This document shows positions 49,215-62,500 of a stretch of DNA of 64,000 nucleotides, piece after piece. Under the pieces are notes generated by a model. The model was not told where the DNA came from and did not search any database. It saw nothing but the letters and a program-made list of their open reading frames with translations. The stretch is from Perna viridis (Eukaryota): positions 3,100,001 through 3,164,000 of the forward strand of contig CM074513.1 in NCBI GenBank assembly GCA_037379345.1. The letters run 5' to 3'. A program made the position numbers and the translations under genes. The first letter of the stretch is position 1. Every line of letters begins with the position of its first letter.

Positions 49215-51150
49215 ATGTATTGTTTTGTAATTTTACAAGCAGCTTATTTCGAGCTCTTGACTGTGTATTCACAGACAGCACTAGTTGTGAACACCAAATT
49301 AAAAATAAGCGTCCAGAAAAATGCTGTAAATGCTTTTCTTGGTATTCAATACGCAGCTCCGCCTATTGGACAACTCAGGTAAATATAACACTAACAATAT
49401 TGTAGAAAGATTAAAGGCTGGGAACCATGAATAGCTTTTGGATGCAACTTGTTGTGTTATAGATAAAATACGTTAAGTAATAATTAAATAGCAACATAAC
49501 CGTTTGAAGAAATTTGTATTGCACCACATACTGCAGCATTCTTGTATAAACTATTAAGTAGCACTCCAAATAAGAATCATGCAAATGTGATTCATGGTGG
49601 GAAAGCCTTCATATTTTTGTTTTTGATAAGGAGTACTACTTATCTAATTTAAACCGCCGTGCCATGAATAACTATAACTTCTTGATGGTAACATCTATTT
49701 TCTGCACAATGGTTTATCAATTTCTCATTTTATCAGGAGTGTAATTTCCATTACTCATTGTGATATTGCAGTCCTTTTCCCGTTCTATTTACATTCAGAT
49801 CACTTTTCTATTTAGATTTCGTCTTTATTTAAGATGGAACAACCCGGTTGAAAGGAAGCCATGGAATGGAACATTCAATGTTCCACCCTTTAACCTGGGT
49901 GTTCTCAAATATACAAATCCGAGTTTTGCATGTCCAGATACGGTAAGATACGTGTAATCAGAGACCATGTAATACTAATAAAGTAATATAAATTCCCTTG
50001 TCGCAGTGAAATTCACCCCACAAACTAATCTAGAAAAATATGGCCACTGCTATAAGAAAATGAGCCGTCCAACTTTTAATATTTTATCAAATTCTGAAAA
50101 ACAATAATCATCAATTGTAACTAAATACAATTCATCAATAACACGTAGATCTAAGTAGAAAATACTATATTTTCTCCAGGAACAAAACCTGAAATCTATG
50201 CTCAAAATATTCGGAACTTCGATTCCAAAGTATAAATGTACTTTACTAAACTTTCTATTATAAAATGTAAAATCTTTATCTAACTTTACTTCGTGTGAAA
50301 TTATCCGTAAATTTATCCAAAATGTTACTGATAAAACTTTATTCGAATTACTATAAAATATCATGAATTAGAATGATAATTTCTACATAGCTAGTAATTT
50401 ATCTTTGACTGAGAATAAATAAATGCTTTTGAAAATACTTTAAAACTATTAACGATACCTGAAAAGTAGCATCCTCCCAAGTCAGGGTTTTGAGTCCACC
50501 CTCGCTCCATCAAACCCATGACATGAATGATTATATGAATAATATTCAGGAATGAAATGGTTAAACAAACTATATGAACATGACTCCACAAACTAGACAC
50601 ACACAACACATAATAGAACTATATAGACCAAATACCAGGTGACAACCTGGTACATTAAACTTTCTCTGACTCAGTAATATTTACCAGAGCTATAAGCTAG
50701 AGGAGTGATACGTACGTCATCAGGAGACGGTTATAAGGTTTGCGGAGGAGTATGACACGTAAGAAGTAAATAAGCAACTGTAAACAAATTGGGATCGATC
50801 AAAATAAAAGAAGGCCTTTCAATTGTTCCATTCAGTAACTGCATGTGGGTGACTGAATGAAACAATGGATATGTCTTATTTTAATTCGAAATAAATGGCA
50901 TATAACGATAATATGCACCGGTTTGGTCAGCGTCACCTGCATTTCCATACTAGCATTAAACAACCTATCTTTTTCTGCATAGATAAACGGTTACTTTGCA
51001 TTTGTTGTTGTTTTTTTAGACATCTGAAGACAGTTTACACCTGAATATCCGGTCACCAAAAGACGCTGGCGTGAAACAATATCCGGTGATCCGAAGAAAA
51101 CAAAATATTGTGGTATTTAACAGCAATTGATACCACATTTATATACATTA
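49215..51150 (+). pseudogene. Type-B carboxylesterase/cholinesterase-family pseudogene (5' three exons)
   Basis: 49215-49378 (M..VVNTK..VNAFLGIQYAAPPIGQLR), 49834-49942 (WNNPVERKPWNGTFN..ACP), 51020- (TSEDSLHLNIRSP..YPVI). SEDCLYLN is altered, the HGGG segment is deleted, there is a TGA at 51128, and no later exons were found. Confidence 0.8.
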
Positions 51151-53392
51151 TTAATGTTGAAAACAGTATGGTCACTTGCCCTCGGCAATAAATGTATTGA
51201 TAATGTCCTCTACACCAGCAACTATTATGTTTTTTCATTGAAGAGTTTGAAGCAGGCATTACCACTCTTAACATTTTAACATGCATTAGTGATTACTACA
51301 TTACCATATGGTGTAAGCAACAAGAATAGATCATTCTTCTCTGACAAAAAAGAGTAATCAAGTGAAATAATCTTGTTTTGTGTATGCAATGCAAAATATC
51401 AAATTTTAGCAACGAAAAGATTCCATGAATTTGTTTCATTAAATTCCATTTAGCGGTGGAGGGAGAATAAAATGAAGATATTGCGAATTCCTCCGCGTAA
51501 CGGAAGGAAGGGCGGAAACCTCTATCACTATAAAACCCCACTGAAATTAGGGGGTGAAATGATTCCTCTGCTTTACAATTTTTTTTTTAGAGTTGACGTC
51601 TTATTTCTGAGAAACTAAGGTATAGATTTATATATCATAAGACTAGTCACATACAGATACATAACTATGGTTATTTTCTGAAGATGTTCTTCCATGCATG
51701 TGTTGAACTTTACTATGCTAACCAACAGTGTGGTTTCTATCAGTAAAATGGAGTAAGGATAATTCTGTACTGAAGTTTTAAAGTCTGAAGTCCAACAATT
51801 CTAAAAAGAAACTGCATATTTGTTATAGATTGTATTAAGTTACATATATTAGAAATTTCTTTACATTCTTGTATAATATATCTACACAGTGTATGTCATG
51901 CAATTAAATCTTTGTACTCAAAATTAAAAAAATCAAAGTTGATACAGCTTGGAATTTTAGGATGAGAATTCCACCATGACCGATGTGGCCTTTTCGGTCC
52001 TCATTTTATTCGAATCAGTCTGAACTTTCCTATGGAGAAAAAGCACATTGTGGTACAATTTCAAAAAGATCAGTTCTGTTTTACTCAAGTGATCATCGAG
52101 ACATCAGGAAAATTCTTTTTTTACCCCAATTTCTTAATCAGATCAAATCACAAACCTTAAAAATACCCTTGCCGTCTTTTTGTATGGCACCTTGTAGTAT
52201 AATCTCAAAGGGATAAATCTACTTGTACCTGGTACTGAACTTACCAGAAATCAGGAAATATGCTTGTTTCAGGCCCTTTTTATCACATACTTCCTTAAGG
52301 GTTCAAATCTTAACCAGCAATACCAGTCTTACCTTAATGGTATAGAAACCTTTGGAGCAATATAAGAGGCATTAATTTGCTTTTATTTCCGTTGTATGTA
52401 TATGTTCAATTCTATAAAATGCTCTTGGCCCACAATTCCCTAACGGTTGAGGTTATATCTCCCAAAATCAATACTTACTTTCCCTTGGGATTTCAAAACT
52501 TGAGCAAACAACTGATACTTATAGTAATAATCACATGTAACAAGTGTCTATGAACATGCATCGACAACAGGGACTCAGTGTCAAATCACAGCCCATTTTT
52601 TTATGTCGAAATAAACACACAATTAATCAAATTTTATTATAATTGGTGGAAGAGTTTAGTTATTGTGTGTAGAATGAACAAATACAGAGTTGGTCAACTT
52701 TTATCTTGAATACCATGAATAATACTTGTAGTACATGTTGTAGCTACATAGATAGAAAACCTTTTCAGTGACAGTTGATTATATGATTGCTGTGATAGGG
52801 CAATATAGATATGGATACTACAAAAATGTCCAGTGAATTAGGGTAGGCTTCTGTAAATTAAAAAAAAACTTCTGCTAGAACAAATAAAATAGTTACCAGA
52901 TTTTCTTACATTAACAGTTGAGCAATTAATGCTGTTCAGAGCTCCTACTGGATACATATGCAGGTTTTAAGACTTGATAATCTCGATCACGCAATTGCTT
53001 CTAATAAAAAGCACACATGTAGTAACATGTAATACCAATATGTGGAGAATATTTGGCATTTAATGAATTCTTGTTTAAAAAATATCTGCTTGATAGTGTA
53101 TATTTATATTAGAATCTTACGGTAGTAGATCCAATGGGGATCCATTTTCATTTTGTCCATCATCCCTGATCAGCTGATTGCTCCTTGGTGATTAATTACC
53201 TGACATAAAACATTACGCTATCTGTTTAGACAGCCATTAAACAACTTTTTATTCATATATATGGCTTTTATATTGAGTTTTAATTATTTCAAATAATCTT
53301 TAATTAGCGATAGTCAAATAATAACCTTCAGTCAGCAGGTAAGACTTATCGTTTTAAAAATAGCTATAAACTGGCAATCAGTAAAATTTCTA

Positions 53393-53546
53393 GTGGAGTC
53401 CGAGTTCGTATTTGCTTTTGTAACTTTGTATGATTTTAGTTACTTTATGTTCTTTGTTGTGTATATCTGTCTTCCATATCTGGTCTTTGTCCCTGGATTA
53501 CATTCTTTTGATTACCCTATAACGTTGGTTCCCTTGATTACTCTTT
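53393..53546 (+). mobile_element. Penelope-like extreme 3' terminal fragment
   Basis: AGTGGAGTCCGAGTT..GTCCCTGGATTACATTC..GGTTCCCTTGATTACTCT, matching 58140-58300. Confidence 0.85.
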
Positions 53547-56500
53547 AACTACCAGGCAGTGATTAAATAACTGATTTCCTGACATGTAACATTTTCTAAT
53601 TTTTCCAGAGACCCCTTCTGCATATCCTGGTTTTGAACTATTTTTTATCAGTCTTTTCATGTTGCTGAAGCTGGTACGTTGAAAATTCAAATTTCATCTT
53701 CTCAAGTAGAGACATAATTTAAACCTCGAATTACGTGTTGGATGACACAAATACATGTACATATGTACAGAAACCCTAAAAAAAACAACAGGTTTGTCTA
53801 CATGTAGATAATATTTTGTCAATGTTTATATCTAAGTGTTTTGAATAAAAACTTAATGGAATTGAAAAAGAACCTTACCTGATTTGAAGTATGAAAAGAT
53901 CATTCTACATCCAAAATAGTTAAACTTCATTTACATTTGTACATTGTTGAATATATGTAGCTTCTTCTTCTAAGGGAATCATACCTGGAAATACATGACA
54001 TATTAAGTGTGTATAAAAAATTGTGTGGCCTTTTGGTTATTTTCAATTGTAATCTACATAGTACAAAGATACATGTAGAGACAGTGACTGAAAAATCACA
54101 AATTCGGAGATCATGGTGCAAGTATTATAAGATAGAGTTTAGTATTGCATGTATATACATGATATTTGAGGGTCGCTAAAATTGCATTTCCATGTGAATG
54201 GAATATTTAAACTTTATTTACTTTATTTAAACAAAATCATCCACTATAAATGGTAAATTTCAAATTAGATGCATTAAACTTTGTTATGAATTGGCAATAT
54301 ACATTCATTCTAGCATATGCAAATGTAGTATGAACTATAATTCTTTAGTGCTCCATACATGTAACGAGAATGGATATAGTGTATATGTCAAAGAGAAAAC
54401 AACCCCTCTGGGATGAAACATTGTCAGCTCAAGGCCACTCATGGGTCTTCAATGAATGACGCGGAAACCCTCACACCTTAGGACAGGCAGCTACAGTTGA
54501 CCCCAAACAACATTATACACAGGTATAATATTGGTTTGGGGTATACATTTATATAAACTGTAGACCTACAAAAATACTCAATAACAGTTAGAAAGCAGGA
54601 ACTTTATACTACATTACCTGGCACCTAGTATAAATGGGACCACAGCAACTAAAAGAAAAGTTCCATAAATAAAAACCATAGAGTTTGTAACTACAGTATA
54701 TATACATGATTATACACACATATATATACATGTACATAACCAAGGGGCTAGGATCAAATTTACTATAAAATGTATAGTTATAAAAAGTCCAGGATGAATA
54801 TATGGGTTAATACCGGATAGGCTTGAAAAAGTAAAAAGTCAGGTTATAAATTAATTATCATACAAAGAAAGAAGTTCAAAACATAAAATTTGATCCTAGC
54901 TTCCCCCCTCATAGAAATAAAATGGTTGCTTCCCAACATAAATACTTTGAAAAAAGGCCCGGAGTGGGAATAAATAATATTACCCCAACGTGATTGAAAA
55001 TAAATTTTATGACCCGCAAAGTTTCAAATACACGTTTTAAATATTCTGACTTCTGGGAGTATCATTTCAGACATAATATTGTGAAAACATCTCATCAAAA
55101 TCAAGACAAATGCTTCGATAGTAGTACGAGTTCATTGTATAAACGAGATTCTGGAGCTGGAACGTTAAATGTTAAGATTGAGGATCTTGATTTATTAATA
55201 GGAAATAAAGCGTATTCTTATAAAGATAAATCTGCATTTGGCAACACATTGCAACCATGAAAAAAAAGCTTTTATTCCCCGAACCAAAATAATTTATTAT
55301 CTAGTAAATATAACCTTTTTCATTTCAAGGGTCGATATTTAGAAAGTTCTCATTTTTATATTCTTCATATTAATGAAACTTAAGTAAAAATCATACTACA
55401 CAATATAAAATTTTGTAGCATAAGATACTTGGCACATGTAGAGTTTATTCGCTGCTATTTTATTTTTATATTGGTATTCGAGCAATAAGTTTTTTCTTCT
55501 TCACTTACCATATTTTGTTCTATTGCTTTTAGTATATTCATGTTGTTCAGTTTATTTTACTGTTTCCCAGTCATTTTCTTGTATTTTTATTTGATGCCAG
55601 TTCCAGTTTTTTTAGTATAAAAATAATATTACTAGCTAGGTTTAATTAAATATAATTGAATATGGATAATCTTAATATTTTGAAAAAAAAATAAATGAAA
55701 AGTCTGGAAAGGTTTTTTTTCAAATTCATTAGTTCCATACAAACTATTTGTCATTTCTGCCAACATATAGATAAAAGTCCAAAAAACTGTGTTTTTGACA
55801 AAATTACTGAGTGAAAATCTATGGTTTCCATATAGGATTGAGGTAGGGTTTTTTTTTAAAAGCTAATGGACAAAAACAAATCTAACATATGTTGCACATG
55901 TTGTTTTGCTGAACAACTGAATTAGCAAACCTTATAACTACAAGACGTACCGTTAAAAAGAAATACATGTAAATGCTGTAACCATAATTTAAAAAGCATA
56001 AGTAAATATTTTAAATTTTTGTCTTGTTTTTATTTTCTAATCTAAAGGTTTTATGTGTAATTATATTTTATTATGTTGTCTACATTGTAGATATAAATCA
56101 TATTTCCTGATCACAGTGTTGGTTGAGTACTTGAATTTTGATATCTCAATGAATTTTCTATGTATTTTTATATTTTTGGCCAACATTCAAGGAGCCACTG
56201 TAAAAAGTATCAGGAAAGTGTGAAAGCTCAGATAGCCAAGGCGACTGCAGTATCCCAATACTTTGGTCGTTTGGGTGAAATGTCTTTTTTTATTGTGGAG
56301 AATATACAATATATGGTATCTGATTTCTTTAAAGAACTTTATTTGCCCATCCTATTTATAATTCGATAAATCCAAAGAAACATCATATTTCACGCGCTTG
56401 GAAAAATAATGCTCTCTATCTAAATATTCCAGGAATGCATCACTTCAAGTCGTTTATTGGTTATATCCGCGTAAAATTCGACAAAAATTCTTTGTCTGTC

Positions 56501-57611
56501 GAGGACTCGTTTCCTAGGCCTGTGATTCTTGAACAGTACCAAGTAATGGGCGTTCAAACTGATGGTTCTGTAATACCTGTCCTTGTTAAAGAAAAACTAG
56601 ACTGACAGCATGACGTAAATAATATGTTAGGAAGAATACTTGTATTGGGTAAAAATATCTTTGCGACTTCAACAGCAAAGTTATTTATTTGCTAATAGAT
56701 AATGATCGAGTACTTTTCTCTTGTTCTCTTGTGTTAAACGACTTAAAAACGGGTAGCCCTGGAACAAGTTCAATGTTGTCCGTATTTCTTGAAAATGTCA
56801 CATACAAACTTGTAAATACGGAAAAGGTGTTAAATCGATAAGAAATATAATGTGTAACATGTCGGTTACATTCAAGACAAGTTCCTGCAGGGCTCCCTGG
56901 TATGTAACTACCTCCATGGTATACTTTCGGTCACTTCTGGTATAAAGTTGTTAACTTCTAGCCCGCTTTACTCATCATCAAAGTCACTTCTGATCAACAG
57001 TGGTCTATTTTCGGTCCACGTCACTTCCGGTTCATACGTCATATTCGGATGTAATATAGCGGGTGTGCGTAATGGGTTAATAATCCAGTTGAAAATTATT
57101 TTTTGTAAACGACAAAAGATAATACTCAGACATATTATACAAGAAAAAAAGTTTAAGATAAGTATGTCTTTCAGTAACAAAATATCAGATAATTATCTTG
57201 ATAGGTTTCATATATAAATATTTACCCTGCATAGACCAAATTGTGACGCAAAGAAGGCCACAAAACATTTTCTGTAAAAAAAAATCAGAACTGTTACGTT
57301 TTAATATAATATAATACACTCTAAAGGAACTTTGTAGGGCTATTTTTCATGTAGACGTTATTCTTTTCCAATTAAATGGAAACTCTTCTTTCCATGCACA
57401 AAAAATAAAAGCGTAATTAGCATTTTAGTTTTAAAACACTCAAATATTACATCAAGCTTTTTGAAGTATAGAAATTGAGGTAAAGTTTAACAACAATTAC
57501 ATTATACAGTTATTTCCTGACGCAATCACTTTAATTTAAACGTTGGAAAAATATTAAAATCTACAATAATATATATTTATTATACAGATATCAATCATTA
57601 TTAATTGCTAT

Positions 57612-58302
57612 TTTGGGGAATTGCTACATCGCATCTACCCCAAAGAACTTAAAATAAAGGATACTACAGACAATGTGAAGTCAGCCTCATATCTTGACCT
57701 ACACTTAGAAATCGATGGTAAAGGAAAAACTTTACGACATAATTTTAATTAAAAATTGTCTACTTTCCTTTCATCTGTGGCAACACTCCTTCAGCACCTG
57801 CGTATGGAGTGTTCATATTACGTTATGCTATAGCTTGCCGAGACTACGCAGACGTTTTGAGTCGCGCTAGAGTTCTAAAAAATAGGCTTCTGGAACAGGG
57901 TTATGTTGCTACAAGATTGAAGTCATCACTACAAAAGTTGTATGGCCGTCATCGTGAAGTCGTGGATCGTTACGGTGTATCCATCTACGCCATGAAAACT
58001 GATTTGTTCAACGTGTCATAGTTTTCCTTTCCTCTTTCGTCTACCCTGGACTTGTTTTTTATGAGCAACTCGGCGGGTGTTTCTAGAAAAGTAGAGGACG
58101 CTTACTCTACCGGTGCACCTGGTCCATGCTCCCATTTTTAGTGGAGTCCGAGTTGCTCATTTGCTTTTGTTATTTTGTATGTATGATTTTAGTTACTATA
58201 TGTTCTTTATTGTGTATGTTTGTTTTCCGTGTCTGGTCTTTGTCCCTAGATTGCATTCTTTTGGTTGTCGCTATAACCTTGGTTCCCTTGATTACTCTTT
58301 CA
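57612..58302 (+). mobile_element. Penelope-like 3' fragment with complete 3' terminal region
   Basis: IYPKELKIKDTTDNVKSASYLDLHL..FPFICGNTPSAPAYGVFI..MKTDLFNVS*, then ~290 nt 3' region. Confidence 0.9.
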
Positions 58303-58990
58303 AGAACAATTTTATTTTGTGAAAGGTGGATTGATAATCGTGTTATGACGTTTTATGACTTCTCGGTTCGGGAATTTGCAGTGAATTATCGAAAACTTTT
58401 ACACTGAGAACATTCAGTAAATAACTGCTTTCTATATGATAATGCCATATGCATATTAAACTATCAGAGTATGTACTACATAAAACGTTTAGCACGGGTC
58501 ATATTTTAATATGTCATTATATGATTGTGTACTTGAATTTTATGGAAGTATTTTGATTAACAGAATATATAAAATCAGGTTTGTAAAGAACACATAACAT
58601 TTGCATATTTGAAAAAGTTGAGAAGTCGGGTGTATGTAAAACTTTCCTCTTACTATTTCGAAAAAAAAAGTTTAAATATACTTCCTGCAAAATGAAAGAA
58701 TCGATCAATTTAATTGAACATAAGCTAAAATACCAAACCGTAGTGATGTTGGAAGTGATATTAATCAACTCAATAAAATTTCTTCTTCTAAGTTGGAGTT
58801 TAACTACTGAAATAAATATATTGAGTACTAAAAGCAAGAATCTGTATGTGGAACTATAGCCGAGCAAAAAGGATATTCACCCTTGTAGATAAATCGAAGT
58901 AAATTCAAAAGTAGTCCGTTCTTTAAAATAGGATGAAGTCAAAAAAGTTTGTTCAGTCAACAGGATAGATAGGACATAATCGTTTGTAAA

Positions 58991-59504
58991 TGTCACAGTA
59001 TAAATATTTATATATATTTTGGTGTATTTTTGATTGTTATATTTAGGTTGTTATTCATTTATTTAATACCTAAATATACTTTCGTTTATTATCTTATTTA
59101 CTTTTGAGTATATTCCTATACATTCAATCTTCATCTCATAATCATAATCATTGTTATTGTAATCATCATGTGACGGTTGAGTGGACCGCTCTCCGATAAC
59201 AGGTTCCCGCTGCACGGACTTTACTTTTCTTTTATTAAATTGTCATTCTGCACTTCGACTTTCGCCAGAGTGGATCATCTTATCGACATCCTTTATTGCA
59301 GGTTAGTCAATTGTAATAATCTTTGTAAAATGTTTGATATTTGAATTTAACGGCGGTATGTTTCATATATTATTCATTGTTTTCATTCTATTTATAATTC
59401 ATGTCCTTTATTGCAGAATTAAATATCATCGTTGACAACTGGCAATCATACTTATTTTCGCCTTGCCCAACATAATCTAATGGTGAGCATAATTTCCGGT
59501 GACA
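58991..59504 (+). mobile_element. 5' LTR of Ty3/Gypsy element
   Basis: TGTCAC ... GTGACA inverted termini, ending 3 nt before the PBS. The left boundary is inferred because the 3' LTR is outside the window. Confidence 0.7.
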
Positions 59505-59507
59505 TTT

Positions 59508-59525
59508 TGGAGGCTCCAGCGAGAT
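59508..59525 (+). promoter_or_regulatory. Primer binding site, tRNA-Thr-like
   Basis: TGGAGGCTCCAGCGAGAT; reverse complement ATCTCGCTGGAGCCT-CCA resembles the 3' end of tRNA-Thr(UGU) as I recall it. Confidence 0.75.
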
Positions 59526-62500
59526 TGATTGCTAAATTGTCAACGCCCGTCTGCTTTAGTTTTGGCCCAACGACCATTTATCTATTTACGTTAAGATATT
59601 ATACCAAGTTCACCAATAGTATGGCTCTACGACTTTCGTATACCTACGACTGTCATCATTAGTTTGGTACCGCATTTTCCATTTTATTGTTGTCATGGAT
59701 ATGTTGTAAACTTGTCAACTTTAGTGAGGGCACGATGACTTTGTGAAGTCTATTATAATTCTAGTTTAATCGTCGACACTTCATTTGGTAATGCGATTAT
59801 ATAACTAACGTTGTGTTTTGCAGCTTGGTATAAATTATATCCTGTGAGTTACATTACGAGTTTCGCTTGAAATATAAGTGTTAGCGTAAATGATTAGCTC
59901 CGATAAATTTATATATATACAGCGCTGTTGTGAACAAATTATACGTATTTTTCCGGTGAAAGTCCGATGGATTATGGAGATTTATTTCTCATTCATTGCG
60001 CATTCCATCCACATATAACTTTATCAGCTCATTGTAGTTTATTCTGACCGTTATTTCTGATGTCAAACTGTATTCAGAAAATTTACCGTCCATACTCGTC
60101 AAGGACATTTACCGTAAATATTATACAAAGATATTACCGTAAATACTGCACAAAACAACGACAACTATAAAGGATAAGTATACCGTAACTGTGATTGGAG
60201 ATTTCAGTGAACCAGTACAATATAAAAAAACTGTTAATTTTTCAATTTTATAGACAGTAAATTTTATTAATATTTATTTACATATGTGAATTTATTCATT
60301 GTTTCTAGATTGATAAATTTTGATTATATATTTCAGCTCCTGCATGATCCTGTTTCTCTTGTTTCTCTGCACATTTAATCAGACTTTGACAGACTAGTGA
60401 GTCATTTTTCATCTTATCATTCATATATTCATACATTTAACCCCTATTCGATCATGAGCAGAGATGTGAGTTTTACGGACACTGCTTTAAAGCAGAGGGG
60501 TCAAGATAATCCAGAAAAAACTTTCTAATGAAGAAATTCAGAAAATGATAAAATATCTGAATCAAAATACCCAATATAAGGTTGTAACAGATACAGAATT
60601 TGACCTTATTAGACATAGCACTCCAAGAGAGGTAGTTAAGCGAGACCCAGGTCAAACTTCAGGTAAATCGCCTCCCCTACACCTGTCCGAAAATACACCC
60701 TTGTACCTCTACAGAAAGACGATACGATATCGGCTGCTAGTAATTACAACTGGCAAAGACCGCGTTTGCCTACGTTTTCGGGTGAGGAGAAATCGGAAAC
60801 CACATTTGATGTGTGGAAGTACGAGGTAAATGTTTAATACGAGAGAAAAATTTTGAGGACACTTTTGATTCAATCTATGAGAAATTCATTGAAGGGTTCG
60901 GCATGAAATTTATTATTGACAATACCGGAAGTTTCCTCTCCTGATCAGGTTTTGGAAAAATTATAGGGGGTCTATGGTAATGTTTATACCAGCGAAGCCT
61001 TACTGCAAAAGTTTTATACGGAACGACAGATGCCAAACCAATCGGTCGCGAATTATGGCATGAAATTGCAATCGATTTTGCACTCCGCAATTGATAAGGG
61101 TCAGTTGTTTACACTTCAAAAAGATGACATGCTCAGATCAAAATTTTGGTCAGGCTTGCATGATCCGCTTCTCAAGAATGTAAGTCGACATAAATATGAT
61201 TCCGCAGAATCCTTCGATGAATTACTTCGCGATGTTCGGGCAATTGAATTAGATCTGTCGAACTCTTCGAGAAATGAAAATATTGCATCTTCCGGAAAAG
61301 GTGTTCAACATAGCTCGATGTTTACTGATTCCAAGTCGATTTCGGATCTGGTTAAGAAAATTGATCAGATTGGTACTCGCATAGAGTCGATAGAAACCGA
61401 ACTCAAGAATCTCAAAGACCAGAATAGTGTTCCTCAGAATGCCTACGGTAATCACAATCGTGGCAACGCGCAGAGATATGGCCATCGGGGTGGCTATAAA
61501 AATAATAGAGGAAGAGGTGGTTCGAACCGACGTGGTTCATTCAACCAACAATCTCAGGTTCAGGGTTAACAGAACAGTAAACCGTCTTTAAACTGGTAGG
61601 AGTCTTGAATGAAGGGCGAATTGGGGACTCTACTGATTTGATACAAGCCCTGTAAGTGGTGATTTATTTGAAAGGTTAGTTGGCAATGCCAATGAAAGTG
61701 ATGTCATAGTCAATCAAGTAAAATGCAAGGCACTTCTTGACAGTGGAAGTATGATTTCAACTATTGCTGAACCTTTGTTAAGCAGGTTGAAACCTTGTCC
61801 AACTTTGAAAAAGGTTGATAATTTATTAACAGTTAGTGTAGCTAATGGTGATCGTTTAACTTATTTAGGCTATGTAGAGATAGTTCTGGAAATTCCATAT
61901 TTAGTAGGGACTTCTTTTCCTGTTCCCATGCTAGTGGTTGCTTCAACGGTGTATAATAGTCAAGTTTCGTTAGTACTTGGGACAAATGTATTGAATATTT
62001 GCAAGTCCAATATGTCTGATGATTCTACTTTGCCGAAAGAATGGGACACAGCCCTGTCTTCTCTTGCAAGGAATTGATTGAGTAATGTAAACTCGATTAA
62101 CAAAAAGGTTGTTACCCTAAAGCCTAGAGCTTCCATGACAATCTCGGGTATGGTATGTAATGCAAGTAAGGCTGAAGTTACTGTTGTTACTGAAAACTCA
62201 GAAAAATCTTCCTTTGATGGAGTTGTAGTTTGTCCTAGAGTTGTTTCATTGAAGAAGGAAGGTAAGTGTAGAATTCCTGTTAGAATTAGTAACATGACAG
62301 CTAAAGCAATTCAAATAAAACCGAAGTCTGTATTATGTAGTGCTAGTGAAATCAAAGTTATACGACACGTCGATCATTTCAATCATATTCCGGATTTAGC
62401 GCGAGAATCGGCTAATAAGTCAGATGCTGGTAAAACCGTGGATATGTTGAAGGGATTAAGTTTGAATATTGACGATGCCTTACCAGATGAAATTAAATCG

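Noticed and set aside
54994-55260. 88-aa ORF with coding-like composition
   Set aside because: No family motif, no convincing splice partners and a non-ATG start.
56400-57079. Possible piggyBac-like end (GGGTTAA at ~57073-57079) with CpG-richer interior
   Set aside because: No matching second terminus and no recognisable transposase motif found.
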